A DNA stretch of 64,000 bases from an uncultured Thermoplasmatales archaeon (GCA_964514975.1 CAZESS010000002.1:32001-96000); one strand, 5' to 3'; shown: positions 50,098 to 61,553, numbered from the stretch's first letter. A program made the numbers and translations. The notes: generated from the sequence alone by a model not told the origin.

Positions 50098-51585
50098 ATG
50101 AAGCCAGAGACGGCGCTGGTAAGCGTCTACGACAAGACAGGTATCGTGGATTTTTGTTCCGCACTCAATACATCCGGTGTCTCCATCGTTTCAACGGGTG
50201 GCACTGCCGACGTGCTTGCCGACAGAGGAATCGAGGTGATTCCAATAGAAGAAATCACCGGCTTCACGGGTCTCCTGGACGGTCGGGTGAAAACGCTGCA
50301 CACAGACATCTATGCCGGCATCCTGGCCCGGCGTGACAGCAATGACATGGACATGCTCAGGGAGCAAGACATCAAACCCGTCGACATGGTGGTCTGCAAT
50401 TTTTATGACCCCTCGCTCGGGCTTGAAAAGATGGACATCGGGGGGCCCTGCATGGTCCGGGCGGCAGCGAAAAACTGGCGGGATGTCGCAGTGGTGTCGC
50501 ATCCATCACAGTACAGCCGGGTTGCCGACGCGCTCCCCGACCTTGACGAGAAACTTCGGATGGAACTCGCCCACGAGGCCGTCCGGCGTACCGCATACTA
50601 CGATGCATCAATCGCCGGGCAGAGCGATAGCAATGACTTCCCGGAGCTGCTCGTCCCCCCATTCTATCTCGAAAAAACCCTTCGCTACGGGGAAAACCCG
50701 CACCAGCGCGGCGCGTTCTACCGCGGCGCCATCGGGGAGCCCTGTGTCGCGAGCGCGGTGAAACTACAGGGAAAGGAAATATCCTACAACAACATCCTGG
50801 ACGCCAACGACGCCATCGAATGCGTGAAGGAATTCGAGGAGCCGACCGTGGTTATCATGAAGCATGCGACACCATCCGGCGTTGCGTCATCACCGAGCCT
50901 TTCCGATGCATGGGATGCAGCCTATGCCACCGACGAGTACTCGCCTTTCGGCGGCGTGGTGGCCGTCAACCGGGACGTCGACCGCGCGCTCGCTGAAAAA
51001 ATGACCCAGATTTTCCTCGAGGTCATCATCGCCCCTGGCTATACGGAGGCCGCCCGGGAGATACTTGAGCAAAAGGAAAAGCTCCGTCTGCTCGAGATAG
51101 AGGGGCTCGACTGCGTGGAGCGCCACCCCTCGTTTATGGTGCGGAGCGTGGGCGGCGGCCTGCTCGTCCAGGACCGGGACATCAAGCCGTTCGACCCTGG
51201 TGAATGGCGGGTGATGACCGAGAAGGAGCCCACGCCCGATGACATCGAGACCCTGGCGTTCGCGGCGAAATGCGTCAAGCATGTCAAGTCGAACGCGATC
51301 GTGTTCGCCAAGGGCACCCATACCGTGGCTATCGGTGGCGGGCAGACATCCCGGGTCGATGCAAGCTGGATAGCCACCAAAAAAGGCGGCGCAAACGTCA
51401 AGGGGGCAGTGATGGCGTCGGATGCGTTTTTCCCGTTTCGTGATGCAGTCGACGTGGCCGCGAAAGCGGGCATCCGAGCCATCGTGCAGCCCGGCGGGTC
51501 AATCCGCGACGGCGAGGTCATCGAGGCAGCCGACGAACACGACATCCCGATGGTGTTCACCGACCGCCGGTATTTCCTGCATTGA
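50098..51585 (+). CDS. purH: bifunctional AICAR transformylase/IMP cyclohydrolase
   Basis: SVYDKTG, STGGT, GRVKTLH, DIGG, LRYGENPHQ, SYNN, KHVKSNAI, SDAFFPF. Confidence 0.97.
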   Translation: MKPETALVSVYDKTGIVDFCSALNTSGVSIVSTGGTADVLADRGIEVIPIEEITGFTGLLDGRVKTLHTDIYAGILARRDSNDMDMLREQDIKPVDMVVCNFYDPSLGLEKMDIGGPCMVRAAAKNWRDVAVVSHPSQYSRVADALPDLDEKLRMELAHEAVRRTAYYDASIAGQSDSNDFPELLVPPFYLEKTLRYGENPHQRGAFYRGAIGEPCVASAVKLQGKEISYNNILDANDAIECVKEFEEPTVVIMKHATPSGVASSPSLSDAWDAAYATDEYSPFGGVVAVNRDVDRALAEKMTQIFLEVIIAPGYTEAAREILEQKEKLRLLEIEGLDCVERHPSFMVRSVGGGLLVQDRDIKPFDPGEWRVMTEKEPTPDDIETLAFAAKCVKHVKSNAIVFAKGTHTVAIGGGQTSRVDASWIATKKGGANVKGAVMASDAFFPFRDAVDVAAKAGIRAIVQPGGSIRDGEVIEAADEHDIPMVFTDRRYFLH

Positions 51586-51588
51586 ACG

Positions 51589-52062
51589 CTACGGTTTCGA
51601 CGGCGCCGCGAGAAGCTCATGGATTAACGCGGTAGCTTGCTCTATCCCCCGCTGCACCTCGGGGCTCATGTCGCCGTGGCCGAACTGCTTGCATGACACG
51701 CCGATGAAATGCAGCTCTTCTGGAAAGCATGACATTACCTTTTCCAGGATTCTGAGTCCCTCGCCAACGCCGAGCATGTGCGCATCGGTCGCAACGTCGG
51801 TGAGCCCCGAGAACACCTCCTCGTCCGCGAAATGAACGACCGCTCCGGCTGGCAGCTCCTGTGCATAGACGGCATCCACGACGATGACCCGCTGTTCATC
51901 CCGGTAGGCATTGCTGAAGCGGAAGATGTCGGTGCCCAGATAGACGAGGCGAGCGTCGACCGTTCCCCGCAATGCCTCATGGACGCACAGTCCGACGGCG
52001 TCCTCGCCTGCCAGGGTGCTCCCCAGCGTGACCACTAAAGCCTGGTGACGTGGACACTGCAT
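51589..52062 (-). CDS. hydrogenase maturation protease
   Basis: LG..LAGEDAVG, VIVVDAV, DAH; start uncertain (overlaps the hydA end). Confidence 0.85.
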   Translation of the reverse strand: MQCPRHQALVVTLGSTLAGEDAVGLCVHEALRGTVDARLVYLGTDIFRFSNAYRDEQRVIVVDAVYAQELPAGAVVHFADEEVFSGLTDVATDAHMLGVGEGLRILEKVMSCFPEELHFIGVSCKQFGHGDMSPEVQRGIEQATALIHELLAAPSKP

Positions 52063-53318
52063 GATATGCAGGGGTCATAGGCACGGGACACCATTTCGAG
52101 CTTGCCGGCGATGGTTTGCTCGTCCCGGCAGCCGTTCTGCCAGAGCCCGGTTGCCATGTCCCCGATGTCGACCTCCAGCATGGGCAAAAACATCGCCGTG
52201 GGCGTGATGACATCCGCCTCGACAACCCGGTCGTCCTCGATGCCGATGGAATAGATGAGCAGCCCCCGGGGTGCCTCGGTCACCGCAACACCCTCGCCGC
52301 TGCTCCTCGACGGCTCCGCCGGCTGCTCCTGCTCCGGCTCGCCGATTTCATCGATGAGATCCCTAATGCGCTCCAAAAAGGAGACCATCTCGATGGCCTG
52401 CGCGTAGTTGTTGGCAAACGGGTTGTCCGGGGTCAAAAACGCGCTGTGCTGCTCCATGAGCTCCCGAGCGCGGCCGGTGAGCAGGTCGCCGTTATTGGCC
52501 AGACGGGAGAGCGCGCCGACCATGAACGGCTCGTCCTTGTAGCTCCCGCGCTTCGCGAACGAGTAGGGGGCGACGTGTTCCTGCAGATGGTAGATGTAGT
52601 CCTCCACATGGAACGAGTCATCGTCGGATGACATGATCTCGGTGCCGTATACGCCGTAATGGTCGGGGCAGGTGATGGAGAGATGCCGGCGCGGGCTGTC
52701 CACGTAGGAGGGATACTCGTATTCGGTGAAAAAGTCAACGGCTCGCTCGGCGGTGGCGATGCCCTGCTCGGCCATGTCCCGGATGCCCTGCATTTTGTTC
52801 CAGCCGGGCAGCTTTCCGAAGCCGCCGACCAGGGCGCTCTCGGGATGAATGGAACGGCTGCCGAGCGAGGACTGTATCTCGGCGCCGATGTCCTTGAGGT
52901 ATATGCCGTCCTTGACGAGGCTGCTCTGCTGCTCCGCGACCGCAAACGCGTCCGGGTAGCCCAGGTAGTCGGGGATGACGAGCAGGTAGAGATGGAGCGC
53001 ATGGCTTTCGATGATGTTGCCGAGATAGAGCAGCTCGCGCAGCAGCCTGGTCTGCTCCGATGGCTCAACGTCGAGGGCCTGTTCGACGGCCTCGATGGGC
53101 GTGAGCTTGTGGGGGGTGCTGCAGAACGAGCAGATGCGCGGGAAGATGGCGACGGCGTCGCGCCAGTGCTTGTTTTTGGTGATGGTTTCGAAGAAGCGTG
53201 GCCCCTCGGTGACCGTGAGCTTTGCCTCGACACCTTCGTCGCTGACGTCCACATCGATGCCTGCCTTGCCCTCGATACGAGCGATGTGGTCAACCGTGAT
53301 TTCCTGGGATATTTTCAT
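52035..53318 (-). CDS. hydA: group 3b [NiFe]-hydrogenase large (alpha) subunit
   Basis: RIEG, PRFFE, RICSFC, EAPRG, DPCISCSVH + 4-aa tail. Confidence 0.93.
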   Translation of the reverse strand: MKISQEITVDHIARIEGKAGIDVDVSDEGVEAKLTVTEGPRFFETITKNKHWRDAVAIFPRICSFCSTPHKLTPIEAVEQALDVEPSEQTRLLRELLYLGNIIESHALHLYLLVIPDYLGYPDAFAVAEQQSSLVKDGIYLKDIGAEIQSSLGSRSIHPESALVGGFGKLPGWNKMQGIRDMAEQGIATAERAVDFFTEYEYPSYVDSPRRHLSITCPDHYGVYGTEIMSSDDDSFHVEDYIYHLQEHVAPYSFAKRGSYKDEPFMVGALSRLANNGDLLTGRARELMEQHSAFLTPDNPFANNYAQAIEMVSFLERIRDLIDEIGEPEQEQPAEPSRSSGEGVAVTEAPRGLLIYSIGIEDDRVVEADVITPTAMFLPMLEVDIGDMATGLWQNGCRDEQTIAGKLEMVSRAYDPCISCSVHVTRL

Positions 53319-54100
53319 TGTTCCTCCTCATAGATGTCGTCGAGTATCTCCTGCATGCGGGGATGCCTCGCAGAGAATATGGCCATGCGTTTCTGGACGC
53401 TGTCGCGGTCCATGCCCTTTTCCCTGAACGTTTTAGCGAGGGAGTCGAACCATGCCGTGTCATGGGGCACGGCGCCGCGGCAGCCGATGCATGGCACGTC
53501 GTAGGATATGCAGCGGGCGTTGCATCCCGCAACCGTCACGGGACCGAGACAGGGCTCGCCCCGCTCGATCAGGATGCAGGGATTGCCGGCCCGGCGGCAT
53601 TCCGCGCAGACCGGGTAGTCTTTTTCCTCCGGCCAGGTGCCCATGGCGAGCGTCGCCAGGTAGTACATAATCTCGGGCTCCTCGGGCGGGCAGCCGGGCA
53701 GCCGGTAATCGACCTCGATAACGGAGTCGATGGGACGGGCGACGCAGCCCTCGTAGTCCATCTTGCTGTCGCCGTACACGTCCCGAAATGCCTCCTGGTA
53801 GCTGATACCCTCGTCGGTGAGGATGGCCTGTACGCCGCCGTGTATGGCGCATGAGCCGACCGCGATGACGACGCCGGCGTTGTCGCGTATCTGCCGGAGT
53901 TCCTGCTCGTCCATCTCGGTGCTCACGCTGCCCTCGACGAACGCCACGTCAACCGGCGAGATGTCGCCCCTGCTGGACAGCATGTAAAAATATTCGATGT
54001 CGAACCTGCCGACGACGTCGAGGATGCGCCGGACGACGGCAAGGCTGAGCTGGCATCCGTAGCAGGAGGTCAAGCCGTGTACGCCTATTTTCATGGTCAT
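53315..54100 (-). CDS. hydD: group 3b hydrogenase small (delta) subunit
   Basis: LTSCYGC, VEGSV, GSCA..GG, PGCPP, CLGPVT.AGC. Confidence 0.92.
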   Translation of the reverse strand: MTMKIGVHGLTSCYGCQLSLAVVRRILDVVGRFDIEYFYMLSSRGDISPVDVAFVEGSVSTEMDEQELRQIRDNAGVVIAVGSCAIHGGVQAILTDEGISYQEAFRDVYGDSKMDYEGCVARPIDSVIEVDYRLPGCPPEEPEIMYYLATLAMGTWPEEKDYPVCAECRRAGNPCILIERGEPCLGPVTVAGCNARCISYDVPCIGCRGAVPHDTAWFDSLAKTFREKGMDRDSVQKRMAIFSARHPRMQEILDDIYEEEQ

Positions 54101-54105
54101 GGTAT

Positions 54106-54972
54106 CTATATCAGATTCGGAGTCGAGATGATGTCATAGTAGCCGAAGACGGGCCCGTCGATGCAGATGTACTCCAGGAAGGTCGACGAGCCGGCGATGC
54201 AGTGCCCGCATTTGCCGACGCCACATTTCATCCGCCGCTCAAGGGTCACATAGATGTTCCGTGGGTCATAGCCCGCCTCGATGACCTTTTCGAACACGCT
54301 CCGGTAGGCCTGCGGGGGTCCGCAGACCACAACGTAGGCGTCATCGGGGTCGGTGTTCGCATCCTCGACATGATGCTGCGCTCTCCCCGTGCGACCCGGC
54401 CATTCCGGGTCCCGGGTGACGGTCTGCAGGATGTTGATGTTCTCCGCCTCGGCGATGTCCCGCATGGCCTCGAGCTCCTTCCGGAACAGCAGCTTGTGTC
54501 CGTAGCGGGCGCTGTTGATGACGGTGATGTTGCCGAACTTCCACCGGTTGTCCATCGCGTGCAAAAAGACGGAGCGGAGCGGCACCATGCCAATGCCCGC
54601 GGCGATGAGCAGCAGATCGTGGTTTTCGAACCTGTCCATGTTGAACCCGTTGCCGTAGGGGCCACGGATCCCCATGTAGTCGCCGGGCTCCATCTGATGG
54701 ATGACCTCGGTGACCTTGCCCGCGCGCTTGATGCACAGCTCGAAAAACCCGCGGCGCATGGGCGATGAGCACACCGAGATGGGTATCTCGCCGACCCCGG
54801 GGATGGACACCTGGACGAACTGCCCCGGTGTAAACGTCCATTCCTCGGCGATGTCGGAGTCCTCAAAGCGCAGGAGAAAGAGCTTGTCCTCGTCGGTCAT
54901 CTCGTATACCCGGAGGATGCGGCACTTGTACAGGTCATATATGTTTTTGTCTGGGGTGGTTTCATTGCTCAT
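54106..54972 (-). CDS. hydG: group 3b hydrogenase gamma subunit (FAD/NAD-binding)
   Basis: [37 protein letters not shown]. Confidence 0.92.
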   Translation of the reverse strand: MSNETTPDKNIYDLYKCRILRVYEMTDEDKLFLLRFEDSDIAEEWTFTPGQFVQVSIPGVGEIPISVCSSPMRRGFFELCIKRAGKVTEVIHQMEPGDYMGIRGPYGNGFNMDRFENHDLLLIAAGIGMVPLRSVFLHAMDNRWKFGNITVINSARYGHKLLFRKELEAMRDIAEAENINILQTVTRDPEWPGRTGRAQHHVEDANTDPDDAYVVVCGPPQAYRSVFEKVIEAGYDPRNIYVTLERRMKCGVGKCGHCIAGSSTFLEYICIDGPVFGYYDIISTPNLI

Positions 54973-55999
54973 AGATTTCCTCCGCGATACCACGGATTTT
55001 CATGAGATTGTCAAGGAAGTCGATGTCTGCCGGGCAGAAATAGGTACAGTTGCCGCAGCCGACGCAGTAGCTCGTTCCCAGGGGATGGAAATACGCGTTT
55101 TTGCAGACATATCGGTTGATAAACCGGTCTTTTTTCGTCTCGCGGAAGTTGTGTCCCCCTGCAACGAGCCCATGGCTCCGGAACTGGCAGGAGTCCCAGA
55201 AGCGTATCCGGCTGCCATGCCGACCGTCGATGTCGGGGATGTCCTGGACCTCGTAGCACCTGCACGTCGGGCAGGTCATGGTGCAGTTCCCGCAGCCGAG
55301 GCATTTTTTGCTTTCCTCGTCCCAGAGCGGGTGGTCCTTGGTGAGCTCGAGCATGTATCGCAGGTTGTCGAAGCTGCCCTGATATTGGAACAGCTCATGT
55401 CGCTTCCGCTCGAACTGCTTGAAATGCTTGATGTCCTCGTCTGTCACCTCGACGAACAGACCCGGGTTTTCATCGACGATTTTATGTCCCTTTTCGCTGC
55501 CCACCCGTATCAGGTAGCCGTCGGGGAGCTCATGCAGAAACAGGTCGAACCCCACGTCGACGAAATCCGTCCGGCGCAGGTTGCAGAAACAGTATTCGTC
55601 GGGCAGGCAGCTCAGGCCGACGATGATGCCCGCGTCACGCCGCATGCCATAGTATTTGTCCGGGTATTCGTTCAGGTAGACGCCGTCGAGAATGCGCAGC
55701 CCGACGATGCTGCACGCATGCAGGCCGAAGAGCACGAACGGTCGTACGTCGTCGAGCGTTTCCTCATATTCGCTGGATTCCATGTCATACGTGAACATTT
55801 GCTGCTCGGTCGGGATGAAATATTTTTTTGCCGGGGTGACCGTCCGGGTGTAGTCAAAGGCGACGTCGTCGACATCATCTATCTCCCGGTAGTCATAGAA
55901 CTCCTCCGATATCTGGACAGGTGCATACAGCTCGCCGTAGGCAGACAGTTGCTCTAAAAAATCGTTGACCCGGCTGTTTTCCAGCTTGAGGTATCTCAT
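54962..55999 (-). CDS. hydB: group 3b hydrogenase beta subunit (Fe-S)
   Basis: [30 protein letters not shown]. Confidence 0.92.
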   Translation of the reverse strand: MRYLKLENSRVNDFLEQLSAYGELYAPVQISEEFYDYREIDDVDDVAFDYTRTVTPAKKYFIPTEQQMFTYDMESSEYEETLDDVRPFVLFGLHACSIVGLRILDGVYLNEYPDKYYGMRRDAGIIVGLSCLPDEYCFCNLRRTDFVDVGFDLFLHELPDGYLIRVGSEKGHKIVDENPGLFVEVTDEDIKHFKQFERKRHELFQYQGSFDNLRYMLELTKDHPLWDEESKKCLGCGNCTMTCPTCRCYEVQDIPDIDGRHGSRIRFWDSCQFRSHGLVAGGHNFRETKKDRFINRYVCKNAYFHPLGTSYCVGCGNCTYFCPADIDFLDNLMKIRGIAEEIYEQ

Positions 56000-56072
56000 T
56001 TCGGCTGGGTATTTGGATACACATATATATGGGTTGTGGACATCATCCCGGAAATGAAAACGTATTTAACCC

Positions 56073-57455
56073 GTGTCAGGGATTGCATCCGTGAACGAAA
56101 ACGACAGCTACACCGTAGCAATTATCGGCGCCGGACCGGCCGGGCTGTTCGCCGCACACGAGCTCGCAGAACGAGGTATCACCGACGTCGTGGTCATCGA
56201 CAAGGGAAAAAACATCGCCCGCCGGCGGTGCCCGATGAAACAGTACACCAAATGCTTCAAATGCGACCCCTGCGCAATCCTGTGCGGGCTCGGGGGCGCC
56301 GGCGGACTCTCCGACGGCAAGCTCAACCTCCGCGCCGACGTCGGCGGCAACCTGTACGAGTTCACCGACGACGCGGACATGCTGGTCGAACGCATCGACG
56401 AAATATTTCTGGAACACGGCGCACCCGACGAGTGCTACGGACACGACCTCGACGAGCTGGAAAAAACGGCGTCGCAGCACGGCATCCGGTTTGTGCCGAT
56501 CCCGCAGCGGCACATCGGCTCTGACCGCCTGCCCCGGGTGATATCCTCCCTGCATGAGACACTGGAGGCGGCAGGCATCACGTTTCTCCTCGAAACAGAG
56601 GTGCAGCACATCGAGCGGGACGACGGCTTCCAGGTCATGCTGGAAAATGGCGTCATCGAGGCATCATATGTCATCGCGGCCGTTGGACGCTCCGGAGCTG
56701 CCTGGCTGAGCATGCAGGCCGAACGGCACGGCATCGCGACACGTCACGCCCCCATCGACATCGGCGTCCGGGTCGAGGTGCCGGCGATGGTAATGGAGGA
56801 CATCGTGGCCCGCGCATGGGACCCCAAGTTCCACATTTACACCTCGACCTATGACGACTTCGTCCGCACCTTCTGCGTCTGCCCCCGGGGCTTCGTGGTG
56901 ATGGAGGACTACGGCGAATACGTGTCGGTGAACGGCCACTCGGCCATCGACAGTACCTCCGAAAACACCAACTTTGCCTTCCTGGTCAACGTGGAGCTCA
57001 CCGAGCCGCAGGAAAACACCACCGCCTACGGCTCATCCATCGCCGAGATGGCCTCAACCCTCGGCGGCGACATGCCCATCGTCCAGCGGCTCGGCGACCT
57101 TCGCTCCGGCAGGCGGTCATCCAGCGAGCGTATCAACCGCTCGTATGTATCGCCAACGCTGGCCAATGCGACACCGGGCGACATATCGATGGCGCTTCCC
57201 CACCGCGTGGTCACCGACCTGGTGGAGGGGCTCGACGCGCTGTCGGCGGTGATACCCGGGGTGGCGCAGGACTCCACGCTGCTCTATGCCCCCGAGATAA
57301 AGTTTTATTCGATGCGCTTCGAGGTGGACGACGGCCTTGAGACGGGCATGGACAATTTTTTCGTGGCGGGTGACGGCGCCGGCCTGTCACGCGGCATCGT
57401 CGCATCGGCGGCAACCGGCATGATAGCGGCGCGGGCCATCGCGGAGCGACGATGA
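56073..57455 (+). CDS. NAD(P)/FAD-dependent oxidoreductase
   Basis: IGAGPAG, GGAG..SDGKL, DIGVRVE, VRTFC, AGDGAG. Confidence 0.88.
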   Translation: MSGIASVNENDSYTVAIIGAGPAGLFAAHELAERGITDVVVIDKGKNIARRRCPMKQYTKCFKCDPCAILCGLGGAGGLSDGKLNLRADVGGNLYEFTDDADMLVERIDEIFLEHGAPDECYGHDLDELEKTASQHGIRFVPIPQRHIGSDRLPRVISSLHETLEAAGITFLLETEVQHIERDDGFQVMLENGVIEASYVIAAVGRSGAAWLSMQAERHGIATRHAPIDIGVRVEVPAMVMEDIVARAWDPKFHIYTSTYDDFVRTFCVCPRGFVVMEDYGEYVSVNGHSAIDSTSENTNFAFLVNVELTEPQENTTAYGSSIAEMASTLGGDMPIVQRLGDLRSGRRSSSERINRSYVSPTLANATPGDISMALPHRVVTDLVEGLDALSAVIPGVAQDSTLLYAPEIKFYSMRFEVDDGLETGMDNFFVAGDGAGLSRGIVASAATGMIAARAIAERR

Positions 57456-57508
57456 CAGCGATGCGCTGCCTTCGAAGCGATATCCAGGATGGCGGGGCGT
57501 CGCTGTAG

Positions 57509-58399
57509 ATGTCCCTCGTGGCCGGCGTATGGAAGCTGCTGTCGAGCTTCGCATTGATGGTGTCGCTGGCCATCATTGCCGGGCTGCTCCTCGGCGGGTT
57601 TCCCGCCTACACGGGCGAGATATCAACTGTTTCGCTGATGGTGGCGATGACGTTTTCGCTCATCCCCGTCCGGCTGCGGGACATCGAGCTGCGACATGAA
57701 GGGCGACGCATGGCGCTGCCGTTTTTTCTGAGCTTCGTGTGGCTGTCCGGGCTCGCCGTCATGCTGGGCATGCTTTTCCAGCCACCCATCAGGTATGGCT
57801 TCGTGGCGATGGCCGCCGTGCCCCCCGCTGTCGCAATCGTGCCGATAACGAGGGTCATCGGCGGCGACATCGAGTTTTCGCTGGTGTCGCTGTCGTTGCT
57901 CTACCTCGTCTCGCTCGCGCTGACGCCGCTCATCATCTTCCTGTTTGCCGGCGAGGCCATCGACCTCTGGAAGGTTGTACGGACGGTGGTGCTGCTTATC
58001 ATGCTGCCGTTGCTGCTGTCACGGGGCGCCAGACGGCTGCCGCTTGCCAAGCGGCAGACGACGATGCTGTCAAACATATGCTTTTTCGTGCTCATGTTCG
58101 GCATCGTCGGCGCCCGCCGTTCCTTTTTGTTCCATGAATGGACGCTGATGCTGGCCATCGCCGGAGCCGTCGTCATCCGGACGTTTGGCAGCGGCATGCT
58201 GATAAAGCTTGTCGGTCAGCGAGCCGGCATACCGCGCCGGCGGGTGCTGCCGCTCACCCTGTTCGGCTCATTCAAAAACGAGGGTTTGGCTATCCTCATC
58301 GCGCTGCCCCTGTTCGGCGAGACGTCTAGCATCCCGCTCGTCGTCGCCATCCTGTTCGAGATGCTCTGGGTCGGATGCCTCGAGGCCAGGCTGATGTAG
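57509..58399 (+). CDS. bile acid:sodium symporter-like transporter
   Basis: Multi-TM, A.PPA, GSFKNEGLA. Confidence 0.75.
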   Translation: MSLVAGVWKLLSSFALMVSLAIIAGLLLGGFPAYTGEISTVSLMVAMTFSLIPVRLRDIELRHEGRRMALPFFLSFVWLSGLAVMLGMLFQPPIRYGFVAMAAVPPAVAIVPITRVIGGDIEFSLVSLSLLYLVSLALTPLIIFLFAGEAIDLWKVVRTVVLLIMLPLLLSRGARRLPLAKRQTTMLSNICFFVLMFGIVGARRSFLFHEWTLMLAIAGAVVIRTFGSGMLIKLVGQRAGIPRRRVLPLTLFGSFKNEGLAILIALPLFGETSSIPLVVAILFEMLWVGCLEARLM

Positions 58400-58400
58400 G

Positions 58401-59435
58401 CTAGCAGATACGGGGGATAGGGTCACCCAGGGGTGCCTCGAGCAGCCGGGTGCCACCCACGGCGGTTTCGAGCACGACGCGCTTTTTCTTCGTGGCATGG
58501 CCGATGATCGCCGCATCGCAGCCCAGCGGATGCCGCCGCATTGCCGCCAGGACGTCATCCTCTCTGTCGGGCGCGACGGCGAGCACAACTTTGCCCTCGT
58601 TGCCAACCGTGTAGGGATCGATGCCGAGCATCTCACAGGCCGCCATTGTGCCCTCCTGGACGGGGATGCGTTCCTCCAGGATGTGCATGCCAACACCGGA
58701 CTTGGACGCCATCTCATGCAATGTGTTGGCCAGGCCGCCCCGGGTAGGGTCCTTCGCGGCGGCGACGCCACCCGCCTCAAGACAGCGCTGCATCAGGCCG
58801 TTGACCGGTGCCACGTCGGATGTTATCTCGGTCTCGAAGCCATAGCCCTCCCGGAACGACAGCAGCGCGATGCCGTGGTCGGCGACGTGGCCGCTCAGGA
58901 TGATGCAGTCATCGGGCTGGAGCGCGCTGTCACGGAGCCACGACGTGCCCCGTCCAAGCTCCTGGAGGTTTTGCTGCAACGCCTCGCTTGAATGGCCGAT
59001 ACCAGCCGTGGTGACAATCATGTCCTGCAGTGCGCCGTGCTCAAGCACCTTGGTGTCACCGGTAACGATGGGCACGCCCGCATTGCGGGAGCAGGACGCC
59101 ATGCTGTCGAGCACCCGTTCAATGCTGTCCAGCGATAGACCCTCCTCGATGACTATGGCTGCGGCGAGCGCCAGCGGCTCGGCGCCCATGACCGCGACAT
59201 CGTTTATCGTGCCCGCAACGGCGAGGCTGCCGATGTCCCCGCCGGGAAAAAACAGGGGCTGAACGGTATGGCTGTCGGTGGTGAACACGACATCGTCGAC
59301 AACGGCCGCGTCGTCGAGCGCCTGCAGCGGCACGTCTATGTCCGGCTGCTCGAACCGGGGGAGAATGTGTTTTTTGATGAACGCCTCGGTTTCGCTGCCG
59401 CCTGCTCCCTGCGGGAGCTCGATTCTGTCCGCCAT
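58401..59435 (-). CDS. hypE: hydrogenase maturation protein HypE
   Basis: FTTDSHTV.PLFFPGGDIG.LAV.GT.ND, DPTRGG, NEGK, C-terminal PRIC. Confidence 0.95.
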   Translation of the reverse strand: MADRIELPQGAGGSETEAFIKKHILPRFEQPDIDVPLQALDDAAVVDDVVFTTDSHTVQPLFFPGGDIGSLAVAGTINDVAVMGAEPLALAAAIVIEEGLSLDSIERVLDSMASCSRNAGVPIVTGDTKVLEHGALQDMIVTTAGIGHSSEALQQNLQELGRGTSWLRDSALQPDDCIILSGHVADHGIALLSFREGYGFETEITSDVAPVNGLMQRCLEAGGVAAAKDPTRGGLANTLHEMASKSGVGMHILEERIPVQEGTMAACEMLGIDPYTVGNEGKVVLAVAPDREDDVLAAMRRHPLGCDAAIIGHATKKKRVVLETAVGGTRLLEAPLGDPIPRIC

Positions 59436-59436
59436 G

Positions 59437-60372
59437 TCAGTCCCTGATGCCGTCCTCATTGACCATGAACACTGCCTCCCCCTCGGGCAGATGCGGTGAG
59501 TCGATGAGACGGGCAATGCGTTTGCCGCCCTTTGACTTGCGGAGATATATCCGGAACATGGCTGTGTGGCCGACGATGTGCCCGCCAATCGGCCGTGTCG
59601 GGTCGCCGAAAAAGGCATCCGGCTTGGCGGACACCTGGTTGGTGACACAGATAGCGGCGTTGTGCAATCGTCCGAACCTGAGCAGGTCGTGCATGTGGGT
59701 ATTGAGCTTTTGCTGTCTGTCGGCGAGAGTGCCGCGCCCGACGTATTCCGCCCTGAAATGGCCGGTCAGCGAGTCGACAATGACCAGCCGGACGGGATGC
59801 TCCTTGGCGATTTCCTCGGCTTTTTTGACCAGCATCATCTGATGGTTTGAGTTGTAGGCCGTGGCGACATGTATCTGCTTTAACGCGTCCTCCGGCTCGA
59901 TGTCCATCGCATCGGCCATCTGGATGACACGCTCGGGGCGGAACGTGTTCTCGGTGTCGATAAAAACCGCGTGGCCGTCGAGGCCTCCCTCCTCCTCCGG
60001 CAGCTGTACCGTCACCGCGAGCTGCAATGCGACCTGTGTTTTGCCGGACCCGAACTCGCCGAAGAGCTCGGTGATGGCCTGACTTTCGAACCCGCCGCCG
60101 AGCAACTCGTCGAAGGACTTTGAGCCCGTGGTGAGCTTCCGGCGCTCTCGCATCCGTTCCATTATCTTGTCTCCGCTTTCGAACCCGCCGACGTCGGCCT
60201 CGTCGCGGGCTGCCTGGATGATCTTCATGGCCGTGCTCTCGCCGATGTCGCCCAGGCTGGCGAGCTCACCCGGCGATGCGACCGCGATTGCCATAAGGTC
60301 GGAGAAGCCTGACTCCTCCAGTTTTTTTGCCGTTGAGGGGCCAACCCCCGGGAGGTCTTCTAGCTCGGTCAT
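59437..60372 (-). CDS. radA: DNA repair and recombination protein RadA
   Basis: LPGVG Hh[35 protein letters not shown]. Confidence 0.97.
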   Translation of the reverse strand: MTELEDLPGVGPSTAKKLEESGFSDLMAIAVASPGELASLGDIGESTAMKIIQAARDEADVGGFESGDKIMERMRERRKLTTGSKSFDELLGGGFESQAITELFGEFGSGKTQVALQLAVTVQLPEEEGGLDGHAVFIDTENTFRPERVIQMADAMDIEPEDALKQIHVATAYNSNHQMMLVKKAEEIAKEHPVRLVIVDSLTGHFRAEYVGRGTLADRQQKLNTHMHDLLRFGRLHNAAICVTNQVSAKPDAFFGDPTRPIGGHIVGHTAMFRIYLRKSKGGKRIARLIDSPHLPEGEAVFMVNEDGIRD

Positions 60373-60452
60373 GTCTCTCGTTGGTCAATGCCAGCAGCAT
60401 TTATAAACATACTGCCAGGGCCCCGCTGCGGCTATGAAAAAGTTTCGGTTTT

Positions 60453-61478
60453 TTATTCGACGGCCACGTCGAGGACGCCGTGGACGATCCCGGGTGCATA
60501 TGACTTGACCACCCGGTGATGTAACAGCTCGGCGCTCCATCCTGCCTTTTGTGCCGCTTCCAGCACCTCCTGCAACGGCTCCCGGGGGAAATCGCCCGTG
60601 GAGCAGGCGCAGTGATATTGCAAGACGCCGCTCCCGGGATGGAGCACTTGCATGGCCGTTGGCAGAAACGGCGCAGCGCGAAGGTAGCCCATGACCACGC
60701 GCTCAGCAACGCCGTGCGGTGCCACCTCCCGGCAGTCGCCCTCCAGTACCGTGATGTTGCCATCGACGTCGTTGAGCGCCGCGCTGCTGCGGAGATAGCC
60801 GGCAGCCGTGGGATTGATTTCGCAGGCGTATATCCTGGCATTGGAGTGCACGGCCAGGGGCAGCGTGAAGTAGCCGATGCCCGCAAAGAGGTCAACGACG
60901 ACCTCGCCCTCCGTTGCTACGGACGCCATCCGGATGCGCTCGTCTATGTTGCCTGAGGAAAACATCACGCGCCGGGGGTCGAGCTTGTAGGATACGCCGT
61001 TTTCGACATGGATTGTCTCGGTGTCCTGGTCGCCCCAGAGATGCCCGACCTGCGGACGGCGCATGACCCCGGAAATGCCACCCGTGTCCTCGAGCACGGC
61101 CCGGCAGCCCAAAACCTCGCCGTACACCGCGGCGACCTGCCGCTTTATGGAAAAGCCGTCGGGGAAGCGGAGGATGAGCACATCACCGATTTTTTCCCAG
61201 GAATCCGGCAGCATCTCCAGGTCAACATCCGGTAGCTCCTCCTGGATGCGGGCGCGTATCCCGGCCATCGGCGTCGGATAATCGCGGGGCACGATGTCCT
61301 GCTGCTCGACCACCTCGAACGCAAACGGAAGCTCCCCGGGCGGCTCAGATACCGGGAGCTGCACCACATGTTCGCTGCGGCTGATGCGCCGGCTGTCGTC
61401 GAGCAGCCCGCGCTCGATGAGATGCTGCAGCGCCGCCTGCGCATCGCGATGTGCAACTGAGATGGCCGTCCGGTTCAC
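60453..61478 (-). CDS. Trm5/Taw2-family SAM-dependent tRNA-modifying enzyme
   Basis: IGDV, ENG..YKLD, MFS.GN..ER, DLFAGIGYF, VKSYAP. Confidence 0.88.
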   Translation of the reverse strand: MNRTAISVAHRDAQAALQHLIERGLLDDSRRISRSEHVVQLPVSEPPGELPFAFEVVEQQDIVPRDYPTPMAGIRARIQEELPDVDLEMLPDSWEKIGDVLILRFPDGFSIKRQVAAVYGEVLGCRAVLEDTGGISGVMRRPQVGHLWGDQDTETIHVENGVSYKLDPRRVMFSSGNIDERIRMASVATEGEVVVDLFAGIGYFTLPLAVHSNARIYACEINPTAAGYLRSSAALNDVDGNITVLEGDCREVAPHGVAERVVMGYLRAAPFLPTAMQVLHPGSGVLQYHCACSTGDFPREPLQEVLEAAQKAGWSAELLHHRVVKSYAPGIVHGVLDVAVE

Positions 61479-61553
61479 GGCATATCATCCCCCGATGTAT
61501 TTTAAAGGTTGGCGGGTGGAAAACGTTTTAACGTGCCCGGTGTTTGCCGTCCG

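Noticed and set aside
52035-53318. Selenocysteine in the hydrogenase
   Set aside because: Both CxxC motifs are ordinary Cys codons; no in-frame TGA.
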